Origin: Lama glama
Taxonomy: Eukaryota
Direction: 5' to 3'
DNA length: 64,000 nucleotides
Assembly (NCBI GenBank): GCA_028534125.1
Contig: CM052816.1
Coordinates: 19,408,001-19,472,000 of the forward strand
How positions within the stretch are numbered: the first letter of the stretch is position 1; each line of letters begins with the position of its first letter. The translations under genes were made by a program, and so were the position numbers. Below are positions 15,901 to 30,490 of the stretch, piece by piece. The notes under the pieces are model-generated. The model had not been told where the DNA came from and searched no databases. It was given only the letters and a program-made list of their open reading frames with translations.

Positions 15901-17149
15901 TGCCTCTTCTGCATTCATTTCTTAATCCACCATTGAGTGTTTCTCTACGCGTTTTTAATCTCTATTTGTTTCTGTTTTGCATCTCTAAGTGACTTTCTCT
16001 GAGAGGTTCTGTTTGGTTAAAAAAAACAGTCAACGCAGAACTGTACTTTTGTTTTCAGAAGTTTTAAGCGTGGCCTTTGATTGGTTTTTATTTTTAAAAC
16101 CCAGAGAAGTAAAGGTATAGATTCCTTTTTAAAACCAAATCTATAAATTTTAAATTTTAACTTTTTTTGATATAGAAAGAATTGCTATACTAGATATATT
16201 CCTCTGTAATTTAAAATATCTACTTCATGCAACGTTATTCTTCTGGAGATTTTTAAAAGTCAATCCAAAATGGCGCGTTTCTCCGGGATTTTCTCAAAAT
16301 CCATTTACAGTGGTGTTATTTTGGGAATTTAAGTTATCTAACTATAGTGTTGTATTTCCCTGGGATTTAAAAATTATTTCTAGAAGGGCATTATTGGTAA
16401 GGGGTTAAAAATCTAACTACAGCAGTGCATTGATTTTTTTAAAAAATTCCAGATAAATAAATGCCTGTGTCCGCCTGGAGTTTATACACGTACAGCACTG
16501 TATTTAGTTAGGGGTATGTTTGCACGGAGATTTCTGGCTTCTTAATTTGCATTTGCTGTGTTTCTACCTGCCTATTTTTAAGAGTTTGTGACCCTTTCTA
16601 TGTTTTTAGGCATAGAGCTATGAGTTTTTCTGGGCTTCTATTTTGTTTTCAAATTCTTTTTCTTTATGTTTCAATGTTTCTGTGACTGCATGTGTTTTGT
16701 GTAGCTTCAAAGAGAGAGAGGCTAGAGCCCCCAGGTCACCTAGACAGTCTGTGAGTCTGTGCTGCCCGGCTGCCGCCAGAGGGATTTTCTGGGCCTTGAG
16801 AATTGAGGCCTGGAGCTCAGGCCGGGAATCCGGCTGTGCTGCCTGCCCAGTGGGGATCACACACGGCTTTGGGGAGAAGAAAGTGGAGGTGGTGCAGGCC
16901 ACTGTCTGGTTCTTGCTCCACCAACCCACTAGCTTCAGGCTAGAAAGATTTGACTCTAGTTCATAAAAGCAGAGATCACCTCCGATTTAGAACCCCAGGA
17001 GTCCTTAAAACTTGTACATTTGCAAGTGACATCAGCCATAGGGCTCGAGACTGAGCGGAGCTGTGAGAATAGGCCCTGAGCAGCTAGGAACCTAGGCCCA
17101 CTGCTCCGGCTCCTGGGCTTTCCTCCCAGACTAGCCTTACCAGAGATGA

Positions 17150-17950
<801 letters not shown>

Positions 17951-19490
17951 CCCGCGAAAACGAAAGGGAAAGGCAGGTCCTTCCTGGCAGCCTGAGGGAG
18001 ACCTGATAGGAGCCTAGGCTTGGGGGTCTAAAAACTTCCTGGGGCAGTGGTCCTATCCGCAGCCAGCTTCTCCAAAATTTGAGGATATTCTCAACCTTTC
18101 TCAGCCATTCAGCCAGTCTGTAGTTGGACCCTGTCCCTAATGCCCTTTCCTGTAAGCCTGGGGTCAGGTTGGGAGAAGGAAGCTCTGGTGGACTGATGCA
18201 CGAGTGACCCTCAGCAGAATCCCTTTGGAGGTTGTAAGGTCTCCAACCCAAGTTGGGACTGCAGTCTCTGTCTTCTCACCCCTTAGTTTCCAATGAAAAC
18301 ATGGCTTTCCTTCCAGAGCAGCAAGAGAATCATTTCTTCTCCGGGTCCTGCAAATATTTAATCAGATACTAGGAGTATGTCCCAAGCTAAACCAAGGTCC
18401 CACCTAGCCCACTGATTCCCTACTATAACCCCAGCTCTCACCCCTCCCCAGTAAGGTTGGCCAGCCCAGTGGGACACGGAGTGAAGACAGCAGTCAGTAA
18501 TCCTGAACTCACTAATCCTGTCCGGGGTTTATGGTGGTAGGGGTTGGGTGGGAGTGGAATCAGGCAACATTAGTGCTGGGGATGGAGAAGGCTGAGATGC
18601 AGGAGTCTGGCAAGCTAGCTTGGGAAATAGCCCAGGGCTGGAGGAGAGTTGGGGAGGGCAAAGGACTGGTAGGATAGATGAGGATCGGGACTCGGGAAAG
18701 AAGAGGTTCTTACTAAATTTTGTGGGGAAAAGTGAAGGGCGAGAGCAGAGAGAAACTAGTAAGAAGTGAAAGGAAATTAAATATTTGCAGAAAAACATAT
18801 TTGGCATATATTTAGGCGGCAGGAAAGAAATTAAATATTTAAAGGAAAAGCAAAAGGATCAAGTATTTGAGAAAAATAAAGAATCAACTATTTGAGAGAA
18901 ACAGTGAAGGTCAGACTTTTGGAAAGAAGGAAAAACTAAATATTTGGAGAAGATTCAAAAGGATCAAAAATGGGGGATAACGAAGAAAATGGACTGTTTG
19001 AGGGAGAAGAAAGTGGTTCAGATAGCAGGGTGGACTAAATGAAAATAAACATTTGGGGCAGAAATGAGAATATCAAATATACCAATAAAAATGGAAACAG
19101 ACTATTTGAGGAATGAAAAATAGATTGAAGAATGAGAGGAGCCACCAGGTCCTGTGTTTCAGAGAAGAAAACTACCTTTCGTATTCGATGGAGAAGAAAA
19201 AGGATGGAATATTTAGGAGACAGATGAGGAATAATTTAGGGGGAGAAGGCAGAAGATGAACTGGTTGAGAGAGAAAGAAAACAAATATTTGTTAATAACA
19301 AAAGAATATATTAGGAGAAGAAACGGGGTTTAACTGGGGAAACAGGATAAAGGTCAGAAAAAGTAAAAGACTGATATTTTCTGGGGACACAAAAGGAACC
19401 GTTGTGGGGAGAAGGGAGGGGCGGAAATATCGAAGAAAAGAAACGATATTCGGAGAGAAGGAAGCAAAGACAAGCGAGGCAGAGGGCTAG

Positions 19491-20108
<618 letters not shown>

Positions 20109-21068
20109 CCGCCCAGCCGGGCCACGCGGGCCGGCGGCCGGCAAGATGCCGGGGCGGGGGTGGGCGCGGAGGATCTGGCGCCTGCGCGGCCCCCTGCTCC
20201 CCACCTCCGGCTTGGTTTTGTGTTTGCTTTTCTGGACCCCACTCTGCCCTCTAAAACGAGACAAAACAAAGCAAAAAGACGTCGGAGAAAAGTGCCGCGA
20301 AAAAAACGGATGAGTTGCAATTTCCCCCGGGCTGGCGCGGGTGGTGTGTGTTCGCTCGCTCGGGGCCCAGCGGGCCACTCCGCGGAGGGGACGCGGTGCG
20401 GGAGGTGAGCGCCGAGGCCGGCGGCCCGGAGGGGACGCCCCTGTAGCCCGCGTTCTCCCCGCGCTGGACCCGGAATGAGCGGCCGCGCCTGAAAACTGGA
20501 GCTCGGGGCCCAGGCAAGCCTGGCCCCGGCCTGGTACAAACCAAGACGCCCCCTCCGAGCTGGGCCCGGCCGAGCGTACCTTAGCTCGATCCAGATCCAA
20601 GTTGGAGCGGGCGTTGGGCCGGGGATGACGGTGCCTAGCCCAGGGTCGGGACTGGCCGTGGAGCCGCGCTAAGGGCCCCGGCGTGCCTCGAAGAGCCCTC
20701 GCCAGCCCCGCGCCCCAGAGCCCTATTTTAAGGCCACAGAGCCGCAGCAGGCAGTGCGGAAGAGGCAGGAGGAAGCGGAGGGCTCGTCTCCGAGCATCTT
20801 AGCTCCCGAGCTTCGCCGCAGGCCCAGGCCCTCCGCTCGGCTCCCGGGCTAGGAGGTGGCCCCCCTATCCCGGCGGAGAGCCTCCTCCTCACCGCCCGCC
20901 GTGCAAGAGTCCAGCCGAGAGAGCTCTGGGCGCGGCCAGGGCCCCACGCCGCGCCCACTTTGCACACCCGCTCTCGGGCCCGCGCCCCTGTTTACAGCGT
21001 CCCTGTGTATGTCGGACTGACTGTATAGAATTATAAATCTGTCTATATCGACTTGTCCATGTACGTCT

Positions 21069-21074
21069 ATTAAA
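21069..21074 (+). terminator. PITX1: Probable PITX1 polyadenylation signal (ATTAAA)
   Basis: ATTAAA at the end of an AT-rich block with upstream TGTA elements, about 960 nt after the stop. Confidence 0.75.
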
Positions 21075-22914
21075 ACCATAGTACAAGCGTGCTAACCACT
21101 GCCGAGCCCTGACTGCTTCATTCAGCGGAGGGGGGAGGCGGGTAGAAAGGGAACTGAGCCACCATGAGCCCTGCGGTAGGAGGGAAGAGCTGAGGCCGAC
21201 CCCGCTGGGGGGCCCCTAGCCCCACATCCCCACCTCCGTACCTGACTTGTTCTGCTTGGCTCCTTTGAGGGCGCCGCCGCCAGGCGCTCAGAGTACCCTC
21301 TCCCCGCGCGCCCAGTGCTCATCGACTGAGCCGCTCAACCTCTTGGCGCTGGCGCTAGCCGTCAAAGTAGGGACCACCCGCCCTCCCTGGCCGCCGGATT
21401 CTGTTGGCTCTACCCAGAGTGGGTCTGCAGTGACCCTCCAGCTCTTAGGATGCTGCACGGCCTTTGTCCGCCAGGAGCGTTGGGGTGGGAGCGGATGAGT
21501 ACCTCGGTAGGCTTGGGGCTTCCTTTTCTGCTATAGGCCGAGTACCCCCACCTTGAGCCCTGCTCTGGCTATTCCAGGAGGACTGAGGGTGCTGTATATG
21601 TCAGAGCCTAGCCAGGGCCTCCTTCCGCCTTTCTGCACCAAAATCCCACCTAAGGGCAAATGGCTGTAAGGGAAAAGAGTGTCCATCACACAGAACTGAC
21701 TTCTCACTTCTCTTCCAACCCAACTTATCGGTGGCTCCCACCGCTGCCACCATCCTCCCTCAACTTTTGGAAACTACTGAACAAGACCAGCCTGTAAACT
21801 GCCTGTAAAATTCTGCTTCCCTTAAGTAAGTCACTTCTAATGGCAAAACAAAATGTTTGCAGCTGTAGCGGGGGAGGAAGGAGGGGTTGGTATTCCGCTT
21901 CAGAATCACCTTGTGATTGGCACTGCCCTCGAGCTGGACCCAGGCAAGCCCTAGCTGGGAGTGGGCCACAGCCGTGGGTTTAGTCATGAGCTAATAGCTG
22001 GAGAGCCCTGTGCACACATTGCCAAACCAGGTCAACACTGCCTCTGAGGTCAGGAGTGTTGTCCCTGTTATACAGATGTTGGAACCAAGGCTCCACCACA
22101 CTGTGCACTGGGCCAAGGTCACACAGAGTCAATAATAGTCTTTAGATCCCACAGCCAGGCATGTTTCCACTGGCCTTCTCACCTTCAGATGAGAAGTGAG
22201 GAGGGGTCCTTCCTGGAGGATGGCCCAGCCTGAAGCTGTAGGACTTAAGAGTGTAGGGTTCTGAGAGGGACAGGTCCAGATACACAGGCTGGAGGAGGGA
22301 GGTGGGGGGAGGGAAGGTTGGGGCAGGGGGCCACAGCCAGACCACCCCTCCCCCAACGGCTCCAGTCCAGAGCTCCGACCCCTCACTCTCTGGAAACATA
22401 AACACAATCACATCTGGACTCACAGTGCCTCCCCCAGCCTCACACATCTGCCAAGGCCAGGGGGCCCTAGTCTCAACTGAGGGCAGGAGGCAGGGGAGAC
22501 CTGGAAGGAGGTGGGACTGGAGGGAAGTGGGAGGCAGAGAGGCCTCTCTGAAAGTCAGGCCCAGCCTCAGGTGAGAGGAAAGCCAAAGAAGGGTTCTGGT
22601 GGAGACTTAATGTGGCCATGGAGCCACAGGCCAAACAGCTGCAGCTGGGCTGAAGGGCAGAAGCAGTCCCATAATGACCCTACCATCCACCAAGGACCGT
22701 GGCCAACAAGGTGAGTGTAAGACCCAGCCGTGCGCCCCACCCAGCTATTCTGACTAACTGCGGCTGCAGATAGTATCCAGCCCTTCCCAGCTGCACCAGC
22801 TGTAGGTCATCTCTGGAGGCGGGCTGAGGAATATACGGGGCCCTGAAAGCCAAGTCCTCTGAGAAAAGGCAGAAAGTCCTAGTCCTGCTCTGCCTGAAGA
22901 CTGGGGAGGGGGTG

Positions 22915-23135
22915 TCATTCATTCTCTCAGCATTTACTGTGCTCCTGCCCTTGCTGCTAGGGATGGAGAAGTGGAAAACAGACACAGTCCCTGCTCTCGT
23001 GGACAAGTAAACAAACACATATAATTACAAACTGAGCTGAGTGCTTTTGAAGAAAAAGAACAGGGTGCTGTGAGTAAGAAAAAATGAAAGTCCTGCTTCA
23101 AACAGGATGGTCAGGCAAGGCTTTTCTGGGGAGGT
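22915..23135 (-). mobile_element. L2 LINE 3' fragment
   Basis: tcattcattc...catttactg...acagtccctgctctc...tggtcagg pattern of a reversed L2 3' end; approximate. Confidence 0.55.
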
Positions 23136-23989
23136 GGTGCCATCTCTGTCTTCAGCAACAAGCATCACCATTTATTGAGCCCTCCGGGGTCCAGTACCTT
23201 CTGCTAAGTATACGCTTCTCATAGGTGAGCCCTCTTACCTACACAACAGCCCTAGAGAAAGAGCCTCTTTATCCCTTCCCTGATGAAGCCCCTGAGACTT
23301 AAAGAAGTCACACAGGAGGAAGTGATGGAGTGGATTCAAACCCAGTCACTCCCCACTCTACTTTCTGCCCTGGGCTGCCCCATGCTAAGCACCAGCAGCC
23401 ACATGGGAAGGACAGTGTCTGATCTTGAAGAGATGGTAATTTCTGATGGCAGCACTGAACTGGCTCCCAGGAAACAGAAGAGCAGATTAATTCTTACCTG
23501 GTCCAGACAAAGGGAACCCCAGGGGGCTGCTGCAGGTTTAGAGAAGCCATGAATTAGGGATAGGAGGGCAAGAGGCTGGTGCTCAGCACTGGTTTGCAGG
23601 CACTGTGGGCACCAAAGGAGAGTGGGGTGAGTTACTGTGCACAGCCCCTGGAGTGCCTGGTCATTAGGGGAGAGGAACAGAGTCACCTCCCCTAGCTTTA
23701 TGGCCCTGACCAGGCTGCAGGCTTCCCTCTGGGCCACCAGAGTCATCTGAGTTTGGGAAGGAGGGAGAGATCCCAACTGGAAGAGCTGCCTTGGAGGGGG
23801 CAATGCCCGGGGAGTCTGGGCCCTGGAGGTAGCTCCATGTGAACCTTCAGTTCCCCAGTGAAATAGCAGTGGGGCCTCAGTCACCAAGACGGCCAGTATG
23901 GGAAAGTGGTTTTCTGCCCAGGGACCTCCCCATTTCCTGGGCCAGTTACTTGGCTCTAGCATCCACAGGAACCCTTGGGGTGGTCTCTG

Positions 23990-24195
23990 AGAGCAAGAAT
24001 TCGAGTCCTGGCCCCACCTCTGAGTTGCCTTGGGCAAGAGACTTAATTAAGGTCTCTGAGCCTATTTCCTGTTCAGTAAAAGGGAGTAACAACAACCACT
24101 TCACACAGCTGTTAAAAGGATTAAATGAGATAATGCACACAAAGTATTAGTTGTGGTGCTGGTGTATAGTAAGTGCTCAATAAATGGTTATTATT
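23990..24195 (+). mobile_element. MIR SINE
   Basis: ccttgggcaag...ctctgagcct...gtaaaaggg...ggattaaatgagataatgca...gtaagtgctcaataaatg matches the MIR core and tail. Confidence 0.8.
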
Positions 24196-25480
24196 CCTGG
24201 TGGTGGTGGTATTACTACTACTGCTGCTACTGCTGCTGCTGCTACTACTGTGAGATGTCCTGCCTCTCTGCCTGAGGACCCTGTTCCCCACTTTCCACAT
24301 TAATTCACTTCCTCTAAGTTTCTCAACAGGTCATTTCTGAAAAGATCATTCAGGGCCCAACCTGGTTTTCCCTCCCGCTTTGCTGGGTGCCATGAATGTA
24401 AATCATGATTGACACTCCTACTGATTTCCCCACCTGCCCTACCCCACCTGCCCTACCTTCCCCACTCCATCCCACCCGGGGAGCTATCCTAGACTTGGAA
24501 CCTCATTAACCCAGCCTGTTGTCCTGTGGCCGGGTCTTCCCACCACACTCCATGGGCCAGACCCTGGGAGACCCAGAGGAACCAGGCCCAATTCCTGCTG
24601 TCCACGGCACCTGGGGAGAGGCAGATGGGAAGGTCCAGTTGACACTCAGAGAGATGAGCCTCGGGAGTGGAGGGGCACTCACTCAAGAGTTCTCCTCTAA
24701 GGGCTCACTGCAACATGGGATGAAGATGCCTGAACACTTCTTTTTGTGTTATCTCATCAATAGCTAATGTCAGACCCTTACTGAGTGCCAGGCACCATGC
24801 AAGCACTTTATAAGAACTGCAGCATTTGCTCCTCCTGGCGGGGAGGGGCTTGTTATCTTTACACTGGAAGAAACCAGAGCTCAGAATCAATAGCTCACCA
24901 GAGAAGGCATAGCTACTGTGGAACAGAGTCAGGACTTGCACTCCGGCCCTCTGACCAGGGTCTGTGCTCCCACCACTCCTAATGTGAATCACATCTATAC
25001 TGAACTGGAGAGTTGGGGGCAGGGAGCTAAAAAATTATAACTCATGTCCAGAGACTGAACTCAGCTGTGCTCTGGGAGAAAGTAAAAAGGTCCCAGGCCC
25101 CCACTTCTGTGAGCACAGCCTCCTGGAGGCAGAGCACTAGCAGTTGGGCAGGGCCACTGGAGCCCCTGAGAGCCAGGATGGAGAGACAGACAGGTGTGGA
25201 CGGCAATATTTGGAAAAGTGTCTGCACACAGTCAGTGCTCAACAAAGATTTACTGAATAGAAGAATTGAAGGGCTGTGTTCCCTTAGCCCTCACTCCACT
25301 AGACATATCCTGGTCCTTTCTCCTCTCCCCACTCTTTTCTCTCCTCTCCTGCTTCTTTCCTTCCTCCTCTTGCCCCTTCACTCCTCCCTCTCAGCACAGG
25401 CAGCTCTCAGCACTGCTTTTAAAAGTGTATCTCAACAACAACAACAACAAAAACTCAATTCAGAAATGGACAAAGGACAC

Positions 25481-25690
25481 CATGGAAAACAGTATGGAGA
25501 TTCCTTAAAAAACTAAAAATAGTTAGCCATGCTATCCAGCAATCCCATTCCTGGGCATGTATCCAGAGAAAGCTCTTTTGAAAAGATATATGCACCCCAA
25601 TGTTCACAGCAGCACTATTTACAATAGTCATGACATGGAAGCAACCTAAATGTCCATCAACAGATGAACAGATAAAGAAGATACGGTACA

Positions 25691-25721
<31 letters not shown>

Positions 25722-26169
25722 GATGGAATACTAGGCAGCCATAAAAAATGAAGTAAAGCCATTTTTAGCAACATGGATGGATCTAAAGGTTATCATATTG
25801 AGTGAAGTAAGTCAAAGATAAATATCATATGATATCATTTATATGTAGAATCTAAGAAAAAATGATACAAATTCTATTTACAAACCAAAAACAAACTTGC
25901 AAACATAGAAAACAGACTATGGTTACAAAAGGGGAAAGGGTGGCAAGGGATAAACTAGGAGTTGAGGATTAACAGACACACACTGCTATATATGAAGTAG
26001 ATAAACAAAAAAGACCTACCGTAGAGCACAGGAAGCTATATTCAATTTCTTCTAATAACATATAATGGAAAAGAATCTGGAAAGAAAACATGCATGCATG
26101 TATAATTAAATCACTTTGCTGTACACCTGAAACTAACATTGTAAATCAACCACACTTCAATAAAAAAAA
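25481..26169 (+). mobile_element. L1 3' end (5'-truncated) with an internal (CA)n tract at 25694-25721
   Basis: L1 ORF2 C-terminal and 3' UTR motifs (caacctaaatgtccatcaacagatg; cacaggaagctatattcaa; cttcaataaaaaaaa). Confidence 0.85.
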
Positions 26170-26284
26170 TTTTTTTCAAGATTTTGACCATCCAAGTTTT
26201 AAGTTTCCATTTTAATACAAGAAATTTTTTTTACTTTGTTTTGTTTGTTTGTTTGTTTTTGATATTTTACAGGTTGACTTTATT

Positions 26285-26495
26285 TTTAAAAAATTTTTTT
26301 TATTGAAGTACAGTCAGTTACAATGTGTCAGTTTCTGGCATACAGCACAATGTCCCAGTCATGCATATACATACATACATTCGTTTTCATATTCTTTTCC
26401 ATTAAAAGTTATTACAAGATATTGAATATAGTTCCCTGTGCTATACAGAAGTAACCTTTTTAAAATCTATTTTTATATATAGTGGCTAACATTTT
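26285..26495 (-). mobile_element. Short L1 3' end
   Basis: T-tract followed by tattgaagtacagtcagttacaatgtgtca...atagttccctgtgctatacag (reverse L1 3' UTR). Confidence 0.85.
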
Positions 26496-26580
26496 GTTTT
26501 TTAATGGAAGTACTGGGATTGAACCCAGGACCTCATGCATGCTAAGTATGCACTACCCCACTGAGGTATTACCTCCTCCA
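26496..26580 (-). mobile_element. tRNA-derived SINE (vic-1-like)
   Basis: Reverse strand has a degenerate A box and B box (ggttcaatccc) and cttagcatgcatgaggtcctgg. Confidence 0.75.
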
Positions 26581-26769
26581 ACCCTTTTTTGACATTTTGA
26601 AGCTTTTTCCAGTCTTTCAGTTTCTGGTTCTGGATTTTACCAGGATATTTCCTTCACATCACATTTGAATTTTTGAATGATGAAATGTTCTGAAAAGATA
26701 TCCCAAGTTATTCTAAAAGTAATGCACTACAAATACTACTGAGATGCATTTAAAAAATTTCACCAAAAA

Positions 26770-27560
26770 AAAAAGACATAGAAGCAAACTAAATGTCCAT
26801 CAACAGATGAATGGATAAAAAAGATGTGGTATATAAGCACACAGAAAGATGCTCAACGTCACTAGTTTTTACGGAAATGCAAATCAAACCACAATGAGAA
26901 CAACTACCCATCCATTAGATGGCTCTTACCCAAAACAAACAAACAAAATAACAAGTGTTGGTGAGGATATGGAGAAATTAGAACCCTTGTGCATTGCTCG
27001 TAGGAATGTAAAATGCCGCTGCTGTGGAAAACAGTATGGTGATTCCTTAAAAAATTAAACAGATATTTGTATACCCATGTTCATTGCAGCATTATTCCCA
27101 AGAGCCTAAAGGTAGGAGCAACTCAAGTCCATCAATAGACGAATATACAAAATGCAGTATGTGCACACAATGGAATACTATTCAGCCTTGAAACAGAAGG
27201 AAATTCTGACACACGCTTACAGCATGGATGAACCTTGAAGACATTGTACTAAGTGAAATAAGCCAGACACAAAAGGGAGGACAACTATTATGATTCCACT
27301 GATATGAGGTTCCTGGAATAGGCAAATTCATACAAACAGAAAATAGAATGGTGGTTGCCAGAGGCGGGGAGGGGAGGGGAGTGGGGAGTGTTTGATGGGT
27401 ACAGAGCTTCATTCTGGGATATGAAAAAGTTCTGGAGATGGATAATGGTGATGATTGCATAATAATATGAATATACTTAATATCACTGAACTCTGTACTT
27501 TTAAAAGGTTAAAATGGTAAATTTCAAGTCACGTATATTTTACCACAACTTTTCTTTAAA
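26770..27560 (+). mobile_element. Older L1 (L1MB-like) 3' region
   Basis: gaaatgcaaatcaaaccacaatgag...catggatgaaccttgaagacatt...aaaatggtaaattt...tttaccacaa. Confidence 0.8.
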
Positions 27561-30329
27561 AATGTAATTGTGTTTATGCCTCTGCCTTATCCAGAGAGGC
27601 ATATGGAGACCAGTGCCTGGGGGCTAACGCACTACCAGAGCTGGTCTGCTGTTTGCTGGAAACCTTTTCCCTACAGCCCTCTTTACCTAGTACCCTTTGA
27701 GGCCCTAGTGACAGCCAAATCCCCACGTGGTTTTCATCCCATCCTCCACCCATCCATGCAGCCTAGCAGTGGGACCTCATCAAGGACACTTCTCCTACTG
27801 AGTGTCTACCATGTGGCCAAGAGAGAACCACTAAGGCGGATGGCTTTTCTCTATAAGTTTAGCATAAAATTAAATAATTCTTTCACCATTGCCTGTTTCT
27901 TTTAAACTAAGCTTCTCTGTCAAAACACTAAACAAGGCAAGCTACAAACATTCTATAAGCACAGTACCATTTTTGTTTCTATATGTGCACAAAGAAACTT
28001 CTGAATGTGCACCAAGTGTTAACACTAGCTACCTTTGGGTGGTGGGAAATGAGGGATTTTTTTTCACTTTTCCTTTCCAAGTTTTTTGCACTGAGCATGT
28101 ATAACTTTTGTCATGATGAAATGAAACACTAAATATTATTTTAACAATACAAAAACCTGTGATCGGCGCGGGAGAGAGTGCCCTTCTGCCCGCAAGTCCC
28201 TGTCCTCACCCCAGAGGGGGCAGTCATCACCTCCCCGGGATGATGTGTGAACCCCTGGATTCAGCCTCATTTGGGAGCAGGCCAGCGTGACAGGTGTCAG
28301 GTGAACCTTTACAGATTTTTACAGAAGTGCAACTTCTGTTTTCAAATACATTCTTCTTTAGACAGATGTCAAATTAGGAGGTTTCAAGAGGAACATTCAG
28401 AAAGAAGAAGAATGTGTAATGACTTTTATTGCAAAGCAGAGAGAACGCAGCTTAAAAATGGCTCTCAGAAGCCAGGTGCCCAGTTCTCTCTGTTTTGTCC
28501 CCTTGCTGCCCCCGCCCCTCGCCCTCCCATTCCTCCAACTCAGCAGCCCATTTGCACTCTTACCTTGCGTTCATGCGCGCGCGCGCACACTGTGTGTGCC
28601 TGCCAGCCAGCATGATCATGGAATCTTTATTAAAGAGGTCCAAATTACCCAGGTTTTACTACACTACTAAAAATAGTCATGCTTACTTAGCCTGTTTAAT
28701 AAGTACACTATTTCTAATTTTTCTGCCTGAGTAAACTGAAACATCATTCCAGAAATACATTTTTACTGAAACAAAAGAAGGCTTGCTTTTTCCTTCTTCG
28801 TTCATACACTCTTCTCCCTTTTCCCCCTTCTTCCTCTGTTCTCCATCCCCTGTGTCCCCCTTGGCTCCCCACCCTTTCTCTTTTTGAAATTCAAAACATA
28901 AAGGGGAAAGTAACAGTAATTTGGACTTGGCTTTTACGCAAAATGGACCAATTTTTTTTAAGTGTCGGTAATTTGTCCCGAAAATGGATATAGGGAGTTG
29001 GGCTGGAAAAGCTTTGAAGAATAGGGTTTTATGAGTGGAAAATGAGGCCTGAGTGTGTGGGAATGTGAGCGGCACCTCCCTCCGTGCCTGGGACAGTGCG
29101 GCACGTGTGATAATCGCAGCTAAGAGCACCATTACCACCATTATCACATTATATCATTAGTATTCATCAGAATCAGACAACACATATTAACCCATTTAAT
29201 TGAACCAAGAGCTTAATCTCCCAGTGACTTCACGGAAAGTGCTTGGCAAACCCTCCAAGACATTGCAGCCACAAAGCAGTCAGCCACTTTGCCGCTTGCC
29301 AGGCTGTGGCGGGGCCGGTAAGGGTTTCCCCAAAATGTTCCCGCCTGTGGCCTCTCTGGGAACTTTCCAGGACATGCTGGGATGGATGCTGATCCCCACC
29401 CTTACTCCAGCCTTTTCATGCACACACCTCTCTTCCTTTGGGTAAACCTAGTCTAATAAAGGGCATATTTAAACAACACACACACATACACATACACTGG
29501 TATGGCCATGGACGCCTCCTTCCTCCCCTAAACTGCCACTCCTATTGAGCCATGGAGGCTGGAACTGAATATAGACACACACAGTTCATGACGGACACCC
29601 AGTTTCTCCTGAGCTTGGTGCCCACGGCTCCAAAACTTCTCGCTTCTCCCACAGTCCCCACTGCGACCACTCCCAGGCAGCACCTCAGGCTCACAGAGAC
29701 TGGCCAGCCCATCAAGGCAAGAATGCCCACTGAGCCTATGCTGAGCGAGGTGCCTGGGGGAGGCCAGAGCCCCTCTGGATTCTACCCCTGGGTGGGGCTC
29801 CTCCCTGGGGCCTAGAGTCACGGAGCCGGAGTTTCTCTTCTGTTAGTGGGCACTGGACCCGCCTGCCTGCCTGTGTGCTGTCACAGTTTGAAGAGACCAT
29901 GGATGTGAACAGTATGTCAGGCTTTCAGATGGGCTGTTGCTTCAGAGGCACAACTGTCCTTTACCATCTCACTGACCTATCACTGGAGAATCTCTGAGTG
30001 GGAAAGCTCATTCTTGGTCAACATGCCCAGCCTCCTCCCCACCAGATACCCATCCAGTACCCCTGCCAGCTGGCCTCCCAGGGAAATCCCTTGCTTTATT
30101 TCACTGGGAATAATGGCACCCTCAAGGCCTCAGCAGAGATGCTGCACTGCCCCCAGATCCTCCAGTGCATCAGGACCTACCACTTGAGTGATATGGCATC
30201 ACCTTCCCACCCTAAAGTCTGTTTCTACTGGGCCCAGGGCAACAAGGCACAGGAAGGCCCCATCTCAGGCCCAGCACAGCCAGCCTCCCGGCGGGCAAGA
30301 GCCAGAGACCAGTAGATCAGAGTTAAGAG

Positions 30330-30490
30330 TCGGGGCTTTAGAGTTAGACAGAGCCTGGGTTCAACTCATAGTACTACCACTTACTGCCACATAACCTCTC
30401 TAAGCCTCAGTTCCCTCATCTGTACAATGGGGATAAATGTGAAAGCTACGTCATATAGCATTTGACATTGTGCTTGTAACATAATAGGCT
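30330..30490 (+). mobile_element. MIR SINE
   Basis: cctgggttcaa...ccacttact...aacctctctaagcctcagttccctcatctgtacaatggggataa. Confidence 0.7.

Noticed and set aside
23336..24037. 233-aa ORF downstream of PITX1
   Set aside because: It overlaps MIR sequence and has no domain or splice support.
24200..24460. (CTA/CTG)n tract and a doubled ccccacctgccctac
   Set aside because: Simple slippage repeats; no spacer structure and not CRISPR-like.
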